64,000 nucleotides of DNA from Labilithrix sp. (lineage in GTDB: Bacteria; Myxococcota_A; Polyangia; Polyangiales; Polyangiaceae), in contig JAHBWE010000017.1 of the NCBI GenBank assembly GCA_019637155.1, positions 64,001 through 128,000 of the forward strand. The letters run 5' to 3'. Shown one piece after another: positions 8,775-17,559 of this stretch; the first letter of the stretch is position 1, and the number at the start of each line of letters is the position of its first letter. The position numbers and the translations under genes are program-made. Below the pieces are notes generated by a model. That model saw only the letters and a list, made by a program, of their open reading frames with translations. It ran no database searches and was not told where the DNA came from.

Positions 8775-10772
8775 CTATGCCGTGATGGCTTCACGCGTCA
8801 GCTCCGTCCGGATCGCGAGATCGAGCCATGCGCGCGCGGCGGCGGCGGGGTCTGCGAGCGCGGACCGCAGCGCGAGGAGCCGGTGCTCGAGGCCGACGAG
8901 GCCGCGACCCGCCGCCGTGCGCGCGGCCTCCTCCGTCCGATCGGCGAAGCCACGTCCGAGATGCGCGAGCCCGTCGTGGAGCGACTCCTCGAGCACCGCG
9001 CCTGCGCGCTCCACCGCGATCTCGAGCTCCGTGCGCGTCGCCGCCGCCGCGCGTGGGAGACGCTCGAGCAGCGCGGGCGCCTCTTCCAGATCGGGTACGA
9101 CGACGCGATCGGTGACGACCGCGGTCGGATCGAGCATCAGTCCGTGCGGACCGAACGATGCTTCGCCCGCGATGAAGCGTGGCCCGGCTTCGAGCGCGCG
9201 CGCGAGGACGTCGAGCGCGGCGGGCGCCGCGCGCGAGTGACGGCGCACGATCGGAATGCCGCTCGCGATCGCGATCAGCTCCTCGTCGCCGGGGCGGTAC
9301 GCGACCGCGGTCACCTCCACGTCCGCGAGGACGACGAGGCCTTCCGCGAGCACCGGCGGCCGCAAGAGCCGCGGCGGTCGCCGAGCGAGGCGCTCCGCCA
9401 GCGTGTCGCGGCCACGCACGAGCAACGACGACGGGAGCGTCTCCCAATCGCCGGTCGACGGGGCGACCGAAGACTGCACGCCGCGTCGTTCGCGCAGCGT
9501 GAGCGCGTGGCTCGCGTGACGCGTCGCCGCGCGCGTGACGAGCTGGCCCGCCGCGAGCGCGCCGAGCTTCACGCCCGTCGCGACGCTCCGGCTCGCGAGC
9601 GCGGGGCCCGCGAGCGCCGGTCCCTCGCGCGGCGCTTCGAACGTTCGCTCGAGCGCGGAGACCGCGCCGGTCGACGCCTCCGCGAGGTACACCGAAGCGA
9701 CGCGGCGCTCCCCGTCCGCGACGACGCGCGCGCCGAGCGAGACGAGCCGCACGCGATCGAGCGGCGTCTCCTCCGCTTCGTCGCTCCCGAACAAGCGCCG
9801 CGCCGGGAGCTCGCCTCGCTCCGCCGCCGCGCGCGACCGCGCCGCGAGGCTCGCGAGGAGGAAGACGAGATCGCCGGTCCGATACCGCGCGCTCCGGGCG
9901 CGGTACGCCGCGAGCAACGCCGCGACCCGCTCCACGATCACACGCAGCCACACGAGCCGCTCCCGCGCGAGCGCCTCGCTCACACGCACGAACCACGCCT
10001 CCTCCTCCGGCACGCCCACCACCCCACCGACAAGAACCCGCTCGACCAACGCAAGCGCCTCGCCGACGTGAAGCGCCCCCGACGCCGCCTCGCCGGGCGG
10101 AAGCGGCCGCGCCGCCTCGCCGGGCGGAAGCGGCCGCGCGTCTCCCGACGCGGCGTCCGCGTGAGTGGCGCCGTGTTTCGAGGTTCGTGAAGTCGGCATT
10201 GGTCGGGGCGCGTCGAGGTCGATGGTGCATGGCGGCTCGCGGCCGAGGTGTGCGGCTTCGCGGAAGGCGCGCACCGCGAGGAGCATGTGCGCGCATGGCT
10301 TCGCGGCGGTGCAGTCGCATTGCGCGTAGTCGAGGCGCTCCGGGACCAGGAAGCGGACCGTCGTCGTCGGGAGGCGCGCCGCGCTCGGCTCGAGCTCGAT
10401 GACGATGCCCTTCTTCGCGAGCGTGTCCGCGCGCTTGCGAACGGCCGGCGAGAACGCGGCGTCGTCGAACGACGCCGGTGACCACGCGCGCGCGCTCGCC
10501 GGCGCGCTCGCGGCGTAGGCCAGCGCGAGCGCGACGCGGTGGCGGCAGACCGCGCTCGCGCCGCAGGTGCACTCTGCGCCAGTGAACGGCTTGTCCGGCG
10601 GGAGCGTCGTCACGACGCCGTCGGCGAACGTCGCGGTGACCGCCCCGCCGCTCTCGGCGAGCACGGGACCCTTGCCCGCCTCGATCTCGCGCTGCGCCCG
10701 CTTCACGAGGCCGAGGTTCGCGAGCGCCGCGATCGCCTCCGGCGTCAGCGCGCGAAGGTCGCCGCGGCTCAT
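8775..10772 (-). CDS. SWIM zinc-finger protein (YehQ-like)
   Basis: ATG at 10772 (MSRGDLRALTPEAIAALANLG) overlaps the VWA stop as ATGA. Two SWIM-type CxC...CxH motifs are present: AECTCGASAVCRHRVALALAY and AQCDCTAAKPCAHMLLAV. The upstream 380 codons of the listed 1047-aa ORF are Arg-rich junk. Confidence 0.75.
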   Translation of the reverse strand: MSRGDLRALTPEAIAALANLGLVKRAQREIEAGKGPVLAESGGAVTATFADGVVTTLPPDKPFTGAECTCGASAVCRHRVALALAYAASAPASARAWSPASFDDAAFSPAVRKRADTLAKKGIVIELEPSAARLPTTTVRFLVPERLDYAQCDCTAAKPCAHMLLAVRAFREAAHLGREPPCTIDLDAPRPMPTSRTSKHGATHADAASGDARPLPPGEAARPLPPGEAASGALHVGEALALVERVLVGGVVGVPEEEAWFVRVSEALARERLVWLRVIVERVAALLAAYRARSARYRTGDLVFLLASLAARSRAAAERGELPARRLFGSDEAEETPLDRVRLVSLGARVVADGERRVASVYLAEASTGAVSALERTFEAPREGPALAGPALASRSVATGVKLGALAAGQLVTRAATRHASHALTLRERRGVQSSVAPSTGDWETLPSSLLVRGRDTLAERLARRPPRLLRPPVLAEGLVVLADVEVTAVAYRPGDEELIAIASGIPIVRRHSRAAPAALDVLARALEAGPRFIAGEASFGPHGLMLDPTAVVTDRVVVPDLEEAPALLERLPRAAAATRTELEIAVERAGAVLEESLHDGLAHLGRGFADRTEEAARTAAGRGLVGLEHRLLALRSALADPAAAARAWLDLAIRTELTREAITA

Positions 10773-11893
10773 GGTTGGATCGCCCTCGCGACGAAGTCGA
10801 CGAGCTCTCCCGGCGTCATCGCGCCGACGTGCGCGCCCGCGTTCACGAGGCGCTGCGCGAGGTCCTTGTCGTAGGCAGGCCGCGCCTCCTCGTCGAGCGC
10901 GGCGAGACCGAGCACGGTGACGCCCTGCTCCGCGAGCGCCCGCACCCGCGCGACGAGGACCTCCGCGTCTCCACCTTCGTAGAAGTCGCTGACGACCGCG
11001 ACGATCGCGCGCCGCGGCGACTCCACGAGCGACGCGGCGTACGCGACCGCCTTGCCGATGTCCGTGCCGCCGCCGAGCTGCACGCGCATCAGGACCTCGA
11101 CCGGATCGGTGACCGACTCGGTCAGGTCGACGACCTTCGTGTCGAAGATGCAGAGGTGCGTCTTCACGCCGGGCAGCCCCCAGAGGCACGCCGCGGTGAC
11201 GGCGGCGTGGATCACCGAGCCGAGCATGCTGCCGCTCTCGTCGACGAGGAGGATCACCTGCCACCTCTCGCAGCTCCGCCGCGTGTGCGAGTGGAAGAGC
11301 GGCGCGTCGATGCCGAGGCGCCTCCGCGCGCGGTCCCAGCGCCGGAGGTTGCTCTTGATCGTCCGCTTCGCGTCGAACGCGCGCGCGAGCTTGACGCGGG
11401 AAGGCCGGCGCGCGCGCGCCCCGGTGAAGGCGGAGCGCACCTTCCGCGCGAGCTTCTCCATGAGGCGCGCGATGACCTTCGCCGCGAGGTCGCGCGCGAG
11501 CCCGAGCAGCTCCGCGTTCATCAGGTGCTTCGTGCGGAGCACCGCCTTCAAGAGCGTCGTGCTCGGCTCCACGCGCTGGAGCACCTCCGCGTTCGTGACG
11601 ATCTCGTGGATCTGGTAGCGCTCCACCGCGTCGCGCTCGAGCCGCTCGATCGTCTCGCGCGGGAAGAGCCGGTGCACCTCGTCGAGCCACTCCGGCACCG
11701 TGAGCTGCGAAGCCCCGTCGCCGCCCGCGCGGCTCCGGACGTCCCGCTCCGCCCGATCGCGATCGCGCTCGTAGAGCCACGCGAGCGCGGCGTCGCAGGC
11801 CGCGTCGTCGCCGCCGAGCTCGCCGCCCGCGCCGAGCCCGTCGCCCGCCGCCGCGCCGAGCATGAGCCGCCAGCGTACGAGCGCCTCGCTCAC
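10769..11893 (-). CDS. von Willebrand factor A (VWA) domain protein (YehP-like)
   Basis: A GTG at 11893 overlaps the upstream stop as GTGA and is preceded by a GGAG. The alternative ATG is at 11863. The MIDAS-containing VWA core reads VILLVDESGSM...GGGTDIGKAV...IVAVVSDFYEG. Confidence 0.8.
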   Translation of the reverse strand: MSEALVRWRLMLGAAAGDGLGAGGELGGDDAACDAALAWLYERDRDRAERDVRSRAGGDGASQLTVPEWLDEVHRLFPRETIERLERDAVERYQIHEIVTNAEVLQRVEPSTTLLKAVLRTKHLMNAELLGLARDLAAKVIARLMEKLARKVRSAFTGARARRPSRVKLARAFDAKRTIKSNLRRWDRARRRLGIDAPLFHSHTRRSCERWQVILLVDESGSMLGSVIHAAVTAACLWGLPGVKTHLCIFDTKVVDLTESVTDPVEVLMRVQLGGGTDIGKAVAYAASLVESPRRAIVAVVSDFYEGGDAEVLVARVRALAEQGVTVLGLAALDEEARPAYDKDLAQRLVNAGAHVGAMTPGELVDFVARAIQP

Positions 11894-14151
11894 GACTCCG
11901 CTCCGTCGCCGAGGCCATAGCGCCGCGCGAGCGCGGTGACCGCGGCGTCGACCTCGAGCCCGCGCACGACCACGGCGGCAGAGACGTCGAGCCGCGTGAG
12001 GCTCCGCGCCGGCGTCTCGAGAGAGAGAGAGAGAGGCGAACGAAGCGAATGGAGCGAGAGCACCGCGCGCGCGATCGCCTCCTTCTCGCGCGGCGGGAAC
12101 CACTCGAACGCCATCCGCAGCGACGGGATCGCGCGCAAGAAGTCCGCGCGATCCATCCGCCCGACGAGGTCGTCGACGACGCGGAGGAGCTCCTCCGATC
12201 GCCCCATCTCCTCGCGCGCGAGGGCGAACAACCCGGCGAGGAAATCGCCGAGCGTCTCCGGCCGCCCCATCCTCCCGACCGCCGCGACGACGCTCTCGCT
12301 CCGCGCGCCGAACCCGAACGCCGCGCCGCGCAGCGCCGCCGGGGCGTCCGGATCCACCGCGCGTCGCGCCATCACCGCCTCCGCGAGCGCGGGATCGAGA
12401 CCGAGCGAGGCGCCGCGCCGCGCGAGCGCGTCGCGGAGCGCGAGGACGGCGCGGATCTCCCCTTCCCCCGCCGCGCCCGCGACGCCTTCGCACAGCCAGA
12501 GCCCGCGCTCGTACGCCGCCGCGATCGCCGCCCCGATCAGCGGCGCGCCCTCGGCGCCGAAGAGGACGTCGTGCGCGTGGAGCGCGACCAGCGCCGCGAG
12601 CCCCGCCCCGAGATCGGCGAACGATCGCTCGACGTCGATCGCGGCGCGGACCTCCGCCGCGACGCGGAGCGCGAGCGCGTCGATCCCGATCCGCGCCGCG
12701 GCCTCGAGCACGCGCACGAGCGCCGCCATCCCGCGCGCCCCGGCGGCGTGGTCTTCGAGCCGCGCCGCCGCCGCCGACTCGAGCGACGCTCCCCACGCCG
12801 CGGCCTCGATCAGCGCCGCCTCCGCGTCGAGGGAACGCGCGACGCTCCACTCCTCGACGAGGACGGAGCGCCTGCGCGCGAGCGCGACGCCGGGGATCGC
12901 GAGCACACGAAGGCGATGGAGGACGCGGCTCCGCTCGCGCTCCTCCGGCGCCGAGAGATCGACCGCGAGCGTGCGCCCCGCGCGCTCGAGCACGACGCCG
13001 ACGCGCACGAGCTCGGCGAACGCGTCCGCGACGAGCGGCGGATGCGGCGTGCCCTTCGCGAGCTCGCCCACCGCGTCGCCGGAGAACGCGGCGACGATCT
13101 CGACGAGCAGCGGCGCGGTCCCTCGCTGGATCGTCCCGCGCCTGCTCCACGGCAGCGGCGCGTCGAGCGCGTCCTTCACGAGCGACGCCGCGAGCCCGTC
13201 GAGCACGTCCTCGCGCGCGAGCGCCTCGCGTCCGCGCAGCGTACGGAGGCCACGCGCGAGCGTGAGCGCCGCGATCGCGTCGGCGGGCGAGACGCGCTGC
13301 TTTCGCTTTCGCAGATGCGCGACCGCCGCGAACAACATGTCCTCGCCGGCCGCGTCCGCGCCGCGCTCCCACACGCGCTGGTAGAACGCGGGCGACGGCA
13401 TCCCCGCTTCGTAGCCGACGAACGCGTCGAGGCGATGGAAGGAGTACGGCACGAGGTACGTCCCCGCGCGCGCGATCCCCGCGCGCTCCGGCGCCGCGGG
13501 CCGCTCCGCGCTCGCGTCGCCCCCCACGCGCTCCAGCGCCGGCGCGTGGTAGCCGCCGCACACCACCATCACCGCGCGCTCCGCCCGCGCCCGCGCCCAC
13601 GCGATCCACCGCGCCATGTACGCCTCGCGCGCGAGATCGCTCTCGCTCGCCGGCTCGTCGCTCGCGCGGAGCTCCGCGAAGTACGCGCCGAGCCGCTCCC
13701 GCAGCGCGCCCGCCGCGAGCGGCTGCTCGAAGAGGTGGTCCCACAGCGCGTCCGTCGTCTCCACCCCGAACCGCGCCGCGAGCGCGTCGAGGCTCTTCGC
13801 CGTTCGATCGGAGTACCGGTTCTCCACCGCCGCGAACGCGTCGCTCCAAGCGGGGAGGTCGATGAAGAACGTCGCGCGCCGCTCGCCGCCGCTCCGGAGC
13901 GCGACCCACTCCGGCGAGTACGCGCAGAAGGGCGACCAGCTCGCGTGCCGGATCCCGTCCCCGTGCGCGAAGCTGAAGAGCGCGATCGGCGGGCGGTGCG
14001 CGAGGCGGAGCTCGTCGATGCGGTCGTTGAAGTCAGCGGGACCTTCGACGAGGACGACGTCGGGATCGACCTCCGCGATCGTCTCCGCGACGAGCCGCGC
14101 GCACGCCGGGCTGTGATGGCGGACGCCGACGACGTGGAGCGGCGCGCTCAC
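11890..14151 (-). CDS. large alpha-helical protein of the DUF5682/YehM-like family, partner of the MoxR and VWA genes
   Basis: A GTG at 14151 overlaps the AAA gene stop as GTGA. The N-terminus VSAPLHVVGVRHHSPACARLV resembles the conserved VRHHSP start of this family. The roughly 750 aa are Ala/Leu-rich and helical, and the stop overlaps the VWA start. Confidence 0.7.
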   Translation of the reverse strand: MSAPLHVVGVRHHSPACARLVAETIAEVDPDVVLVEGPADFNDRIDELRLAHRPPIALFSFAHGDGIRHASWSPFCAYSPEWVALRSGGERRATFFIDLPAWSDAFAAVENRYSDRTAKSLDALAARFGVETTDALWDHLFEQPLAAGALRERLGAYFAELRASDEPASESDLAREAYMARWIAWARARAERAVMVVCGGYHAPALERVGGDASAERPAAPERAGIARAGTYLVPYSFHRLDAFVGYEAGMPSPAFYQRVWERGADAAGEDMLFAAVAHLRKRKQRVSPADAIAALTLARGLRTLRGREALAREDVLDGLAASLVKDALDAPLPWSRRGTIQRGTAPLLVEIVAAFSGDAVGELAKGTPHPPLVADAFAELVRVGVVLERAGRTLAVDLSAPEERERSRVLHRLRVLAIPGVALARRRSVLVEEWSVARSLDAEAALIEAAAWGASLESAAAARLEDHAAGARGMAALVRVLEAAARIGIDALALRVAAEVRAAIDVERSFADLGAGLAALVALHAHDVLFGAEGAPLIGAAIAAAYERGLWLCEGVAGAAGEGEIRAVLALRDALARRGASLGLDPALAEAVMARRAVDPDAPAALRGAAFGFGARSESVVAAVGRMGRPETLGDFLAGLFALAREEMGRSEELLRVVDDLVGRMDRADFLRAIPSLRMAFEWFPPREKEAIARAVLSLHSLRSPLSLSLETPARSLTRLDVSAAVVVRGLEVDAAVTALARRYGLGDGAES

Positions 14152-15245
14152 GACCCCGGGATCTTGTGACGGGCCTCGTAGAACGCCTTCCAGTGCGCGC
14201 CGTTCTTGCGGCCCACCCGCTGCTCGAAGTACCGCCGCAGGCGCGCGAGGTCGTCGTTGTTGCTCTTCACCGCCGCGCCGACGAGGCACTCGACGAGATC
14301 GCCCGGCGTCGGCGCGCCGGCGGCGAGGTAGTGGCCGCGCACCCCGACCGCGTGCGCGACGCTCACCGCCTCCGCGGTGCTCATCGCGGTCGAGAGGCGA
14401 TCGGTCGCCTGGCCGTCGGTCGTCTCCCCCGCGCGGAGCTCGCGGAACGTCGTCACGAGGAGCTCGAGCACCTCCTCCGGCAGCGGCGCGGTGACGCCCG
14501 AGCGCGCGAGGAGCCGCGCCGCCTCGGCGCGCACGAGCGCGATCTCGGTCGCGAGGTCCGCGATCGGGAACACCGTCTCGAAGTTGAAGCGTCGCTTCAG
14601 CGCGGCGCTCATCTCGTTCACGCCGAGGTCACGCGTGTTCGCGGTCGCGATCACGTTGAAGCCGTCCTTCGCGAAGAGCATCGCGTCGGGACCGGTGAGC
14701 TCCGGCACCGCGAGCACGCGGTCCGAGAGCACGGCGAGGAGCGAGTCCTGGACCTCGAGCGGGCAGCGCGTCACCTCCTCGAAGCGCACGATCGCGCCCG
14801 CTTCCATCGCGCGGTAGAGCGGCGCCGGCACGAGCGCGCGCGGCGTGGGGCCCTCCGCGAGGAGCAGCGCGTAGTTCCACGAATACTTGATCTGGTCCTC
14901 CGTCGTCGCCGCGCTCCCCTGGATCGTGCGCGTGGAGTCGCCGCTCACCGCCGCCGCGAGCAGCTCGCTCAGGAGCGACTTCGCGGTCCCGGGCTCTCCT
15001 ACCAGCATGAGCCCGCGCCCGGTCGCGAGGGCTACCATCGCGCGGTCGACGAGCGAGGGCTGCCCGACGAACTTGCGGCGGACCTGCCGCTTCTCGTCGC
15101 CGAGGATGAACGTGCGCACTGCGCGCGCGGAGAGCCTCCAGCCCGGCGGCGCGGGGGCGTCGTCGCTCTTCGCGAGCCGCGCGAGCTCGGCGGCGTACGT
15201 GACCTCGGCGGGAGGCCGCTGGACCGCTTCCGTCATGCGAGCCAC
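14148..15245 (-). CDS. MoxR-type AAA+ ATPase (YehL-like)
   Basis: Walker A LMLVGEPGTAKS. Walker B / sensor region DSLLAVLSDRV...FNVIATANTRD. Length and order match MoxR. The start is a GTG at 15245 or an ATG at 15236. Confidence 0.85.
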   Translation of the reverse strand: MARMTEAVQRPPAEVTYAAELARLAKSDDAPAPPGWRLSARAVRTFILGDEKRQVRRKFVGQPSLVDRAMVALATGRGLMLVGEPGTAKSLLSELLAAAVSGDSTRTIQGSAATTEDQIKYSWNYALLLAEGPTPRALVPAPLYRAMEAGAIVRFEEVTRCPLEVQDSLLAVLSDRVLAVPELTGPDAMLFAKDGFNVIATANTRDLGVNEMSAALKRRFNFETVFPIADLATEIALVRAEAARLLARSGVTAPLPEEVLELLVTTFRELRAGETTDGQATDRLSTAMSTAEAVSVAHAVGVRGHYLAAGAPTPGDLVECLVGAAVKSNNDDLARLRRYFEQRVGRKNGAHWKAFYEARHKIPGS

Positions 15246-15254
15246 GATACACGC

Positions 15255-16748
15255 TCAGGCGGGCGCGAGCGGCGCGGTGACGAGCACCGCCGGCTCCTCC
15301 GGCTCGCTCACGAGGCGCGGATCGCCGGCGTACGTCGCGTAGCCCGCGGCGAAGCTCGTCGCGGCGCCCTGCTCGTCCTCGACGTCGTCGACGTGGAACC
15401 AGGCGGCGTGCACGCGCCGCGCGGTCACGTCGACGAGCATGAAGCCGCGCCGCACGAGCTCGACGTATTTGATCCACGGCGCGTCGGCGAGGAGCGCGGG
15501 CGCGGAGCGGCGCGAGGCGCCGGGCGACGTCACCGCCGGCGTGATGAGCTCCACCGCGAGCGGCGGCGCGCCGGGGCCGCGCGAGAGCTCGCTCGCCCAC
15601 GACGAGTGCACGTCGCCGGAGAGCACGACGACGTCGCGGACCGGCGTCTCCTCGAGCACGTCGTAGAAGCGCGAGCGCGCCGCGGGGTAGTCGTCCCAGC
15701 CGTCGTCGCGGAACCAGGACGGCACCGCCGTCATCATCACCTGCTGCGCGACGAGCTTCCACCGCGCGCGGGACGTGCGCAGCGCCGCGGCGAGCCACAC
15801 CTCCTGATCGGCGCCGAGGAGCTGGCGCGCGGGGTCGGCGAGGCCCGGATCGTCCGGCCCCAATTGGATATCGCGTCCCCATATTCGGGTATCGAGGAGG
15901 ACGAGGTCGACCAGCTCCCCGTAGCGCAATGATCGCCATATCCGCCCGTCCGGCTGATCGCGAATCGGGATCCACTCCGAATACGCCCGCGCGGCCGCGC
16001 TCCGGCGCGCGGGCCAGTCGCCGAGCGCGGGGTTGTCGCCCGTCGTCCCGTCTCGATACGCGTTGTCGATGTGCTCGTGATCGTCCCAAATGCAGACGAA
16101 CGGATGCTGCCGGTGCACCTCCTGGAGGTCGCGATCGCGCCGGTATTGCGCATAACGCGCGCGGTAATCGGCGAGCGTCTGCAGCGCGTGGCGCGGCTCG
16201 GAGCGGCGGACCGAGCCGTAGGCGCCGTCGGCGTATTCGTAGAGGTAGTCGCCGAGGTGGAGCACCGCGTCGATGTCGGGGCGCCGCGCGAGCGCGCGGT
16301 AGGCGTGGAAGTACCCGTGCGGGAGGCTCGCGCACGACACGACCGCGAAGCGCACCGGCCGCGCGTCGATCGGCGCCGTCCGCGTGCGCCCCGTCATCGA
16401 GGCGCGCTCGCGGACGAGGAAGCGGTAGTAGTAGGTCGTCGCCGGCGCGAGGCCGATCGCGTCGACCTTGACCGTGTAGTCGCGGTCCGCGTTCGTCTCG
16501 AAGGTGCCGCTCGCGACGACGCGCGCGAAGGTGGCGTCCTCGGCGATCTGCCAGCGGCCGGTGACGGGCGCGGTCGCGGTCGACGAGATGCGCGTCCAGA
16601 GGATGACGGCGTTCGAGAGCGGATCGCCGCTCGCGACGCCGTGGCCGAAGACGGGATCGACCGGCGGCGGGACCTCGTCCTCGGTGCCGCACGCGGCGAG
16701 CGCGGCCGCGACGGCGATCCCCTTCAATGCGTCACGGCGGCCGATCAT
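15255..16748 (-). CDS. phoD: alkaline phosphatase D (PhoD family), Tat-secreted
   Basis: ATG at 16748 with a GAGGAG Shine-Dalgarno 5 nt upstream. The twin-arginine signal is MIGRRDALKGIAVAAALAAC. PhoD metallophosphatase motifs are VVSCASLPHGYFHAY, HLGDYLYEY, WDDHE and VVLSGDVHSSW. The stop lies 9 nt before the MoxR gene start. Confidence 0.85.
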   Translation of the reverse strand: MIGRRDALKGIAVAAALAACGTEDEVPPPVDPVFGHGVASGDPLSNAVILWTRISSTATAPVTGRWQIAEDATFARVVASGTFETNADRDYTVKVDAIGLAPATTYYYRFLVRERASMTGRTRTAPIDARPVRFAVVSCASLPHGYFHAYRALARRPDIDAVLHLGDYLYEYADGAYGSVRRSEPRHALQTLADYRARYAQYRRDRDLQEVHRQHPFVCIWDDHEHIDNAYRDGTTGDNPALGDWPARRSAAARAYSEWIPIRDQPDGRIWRSLRYGELVDLVLLDTRIWGRDIQLGPDDPGLADPARQLLGADQEVWLAAALRTSRARWKLVAQQVMMTAVPSWFRDDGWDDYPAARSRFYDVLEETPVRDVVVLSGDVHSSWASELSRGPGAPPLAVELITPAVTSPGASRRSAPALLADAPWIKYVELVRRGFMLVDVTARRVHAAWFHVDDVEDEQGAATSFAAGYATYAGDPRLVSEPEEPAVLVTAPLAPA

Positions 16749-16841
16749 GACTCCTCGTTGGCGCGAGCAATGGCCGTACCTCGAGCACGAACGCGGCACG
16801 CCCGCCTTCCCATCTGCGGCGACTTGGATAGCACCTCCCCT

Positions 16842-17483
16842 ATGCCGAGCATGCGCGCCACACTCTGTATCGCCAGCCTCCCTCTTGCCGCTGCGGCGCT
16901 CGGCTTCGCCTGCGGCCCCGCGAGCGATCCGAACGACGTCGGCGGCGTCCAGTACATGGCGACGCACGCGATCAAGACCGCCTTCGTCGTCTTGATGGAG
17001 AACCATTGAGTCGGGCTCGAACCTCGGCATCTTGAACAACCACGAGCCGGACGAGAACCATCGCCACCCGACGGCAACAACATCGCCTCGAAGAACTGCA
17101 TCGAGCACGTCCGCCCGCTCGGCGAGCTCGAGCGCGACCTCGCCGCCGATCGCGTCTCCGGCTTCGTGTTCGTCACGCCGGACCGGTGTCACAACATGCA
17201 CGACGACTGCGAGTCCGGCGATCAGGTCAAGAACGGCGACGACTTCCTGCGCGGCCTCATGCCGAAGCTCCTCGGCTCGAAGGCGTACGCGGACGGCGGC
17301 GCGGTCTTCGTCACCTGGGACGAGAGCGAGGACGGCGAGTGGCCGATCGGGATGATGGTGTTCTCGCCGCACGCCCGCGCCGGACACGTCTCCGGCACCG
17401 CGTTCACGCACAGCTCGCTCCTCCGCACGCTGCAGGAGATCTTCGCGGTGGGCCCGCTCATCCGCGACGCAGAGAACGCGTAG
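16842..17483 (+). pseudogene. phosphoesterase (AcpA/PlcN, PF04185-like) gene remnant with an in-frame TGA and a large internal deletion
   Basis: The N-terminus has a signal peptide and the family motif IKTAFVVLMENH, interrupted by TGA at 17007..17009. The same frame continues into the C-terminal family motifs FVFVTPDRCHNMHDDCESGD, AVFVTWDESED and HSSLLRTLQEIF. About 240 aa of the family core between the two parts is missing. Confidence 0.55.
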
Positions 17484-17559
17484 AGCGGGACCGTACTCGA
17501 CGCTCGCGCTGGGATGGGATCGTTGGTACTTTGACCTCAAAGCATCAACGGTCTCGTCG

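Noticed and set aside
17007-17009. In-frame TGA in the phosphoesterase read as selenocysteine or programmed readthrough
   Set aside because: The position aligns with a normally Ser/Arg position of the VVLMENRS motif. No SECIS-like hairpin is evident downstream. The gene also has a large internal deletion, so pseudogenisation is more parsimonious.
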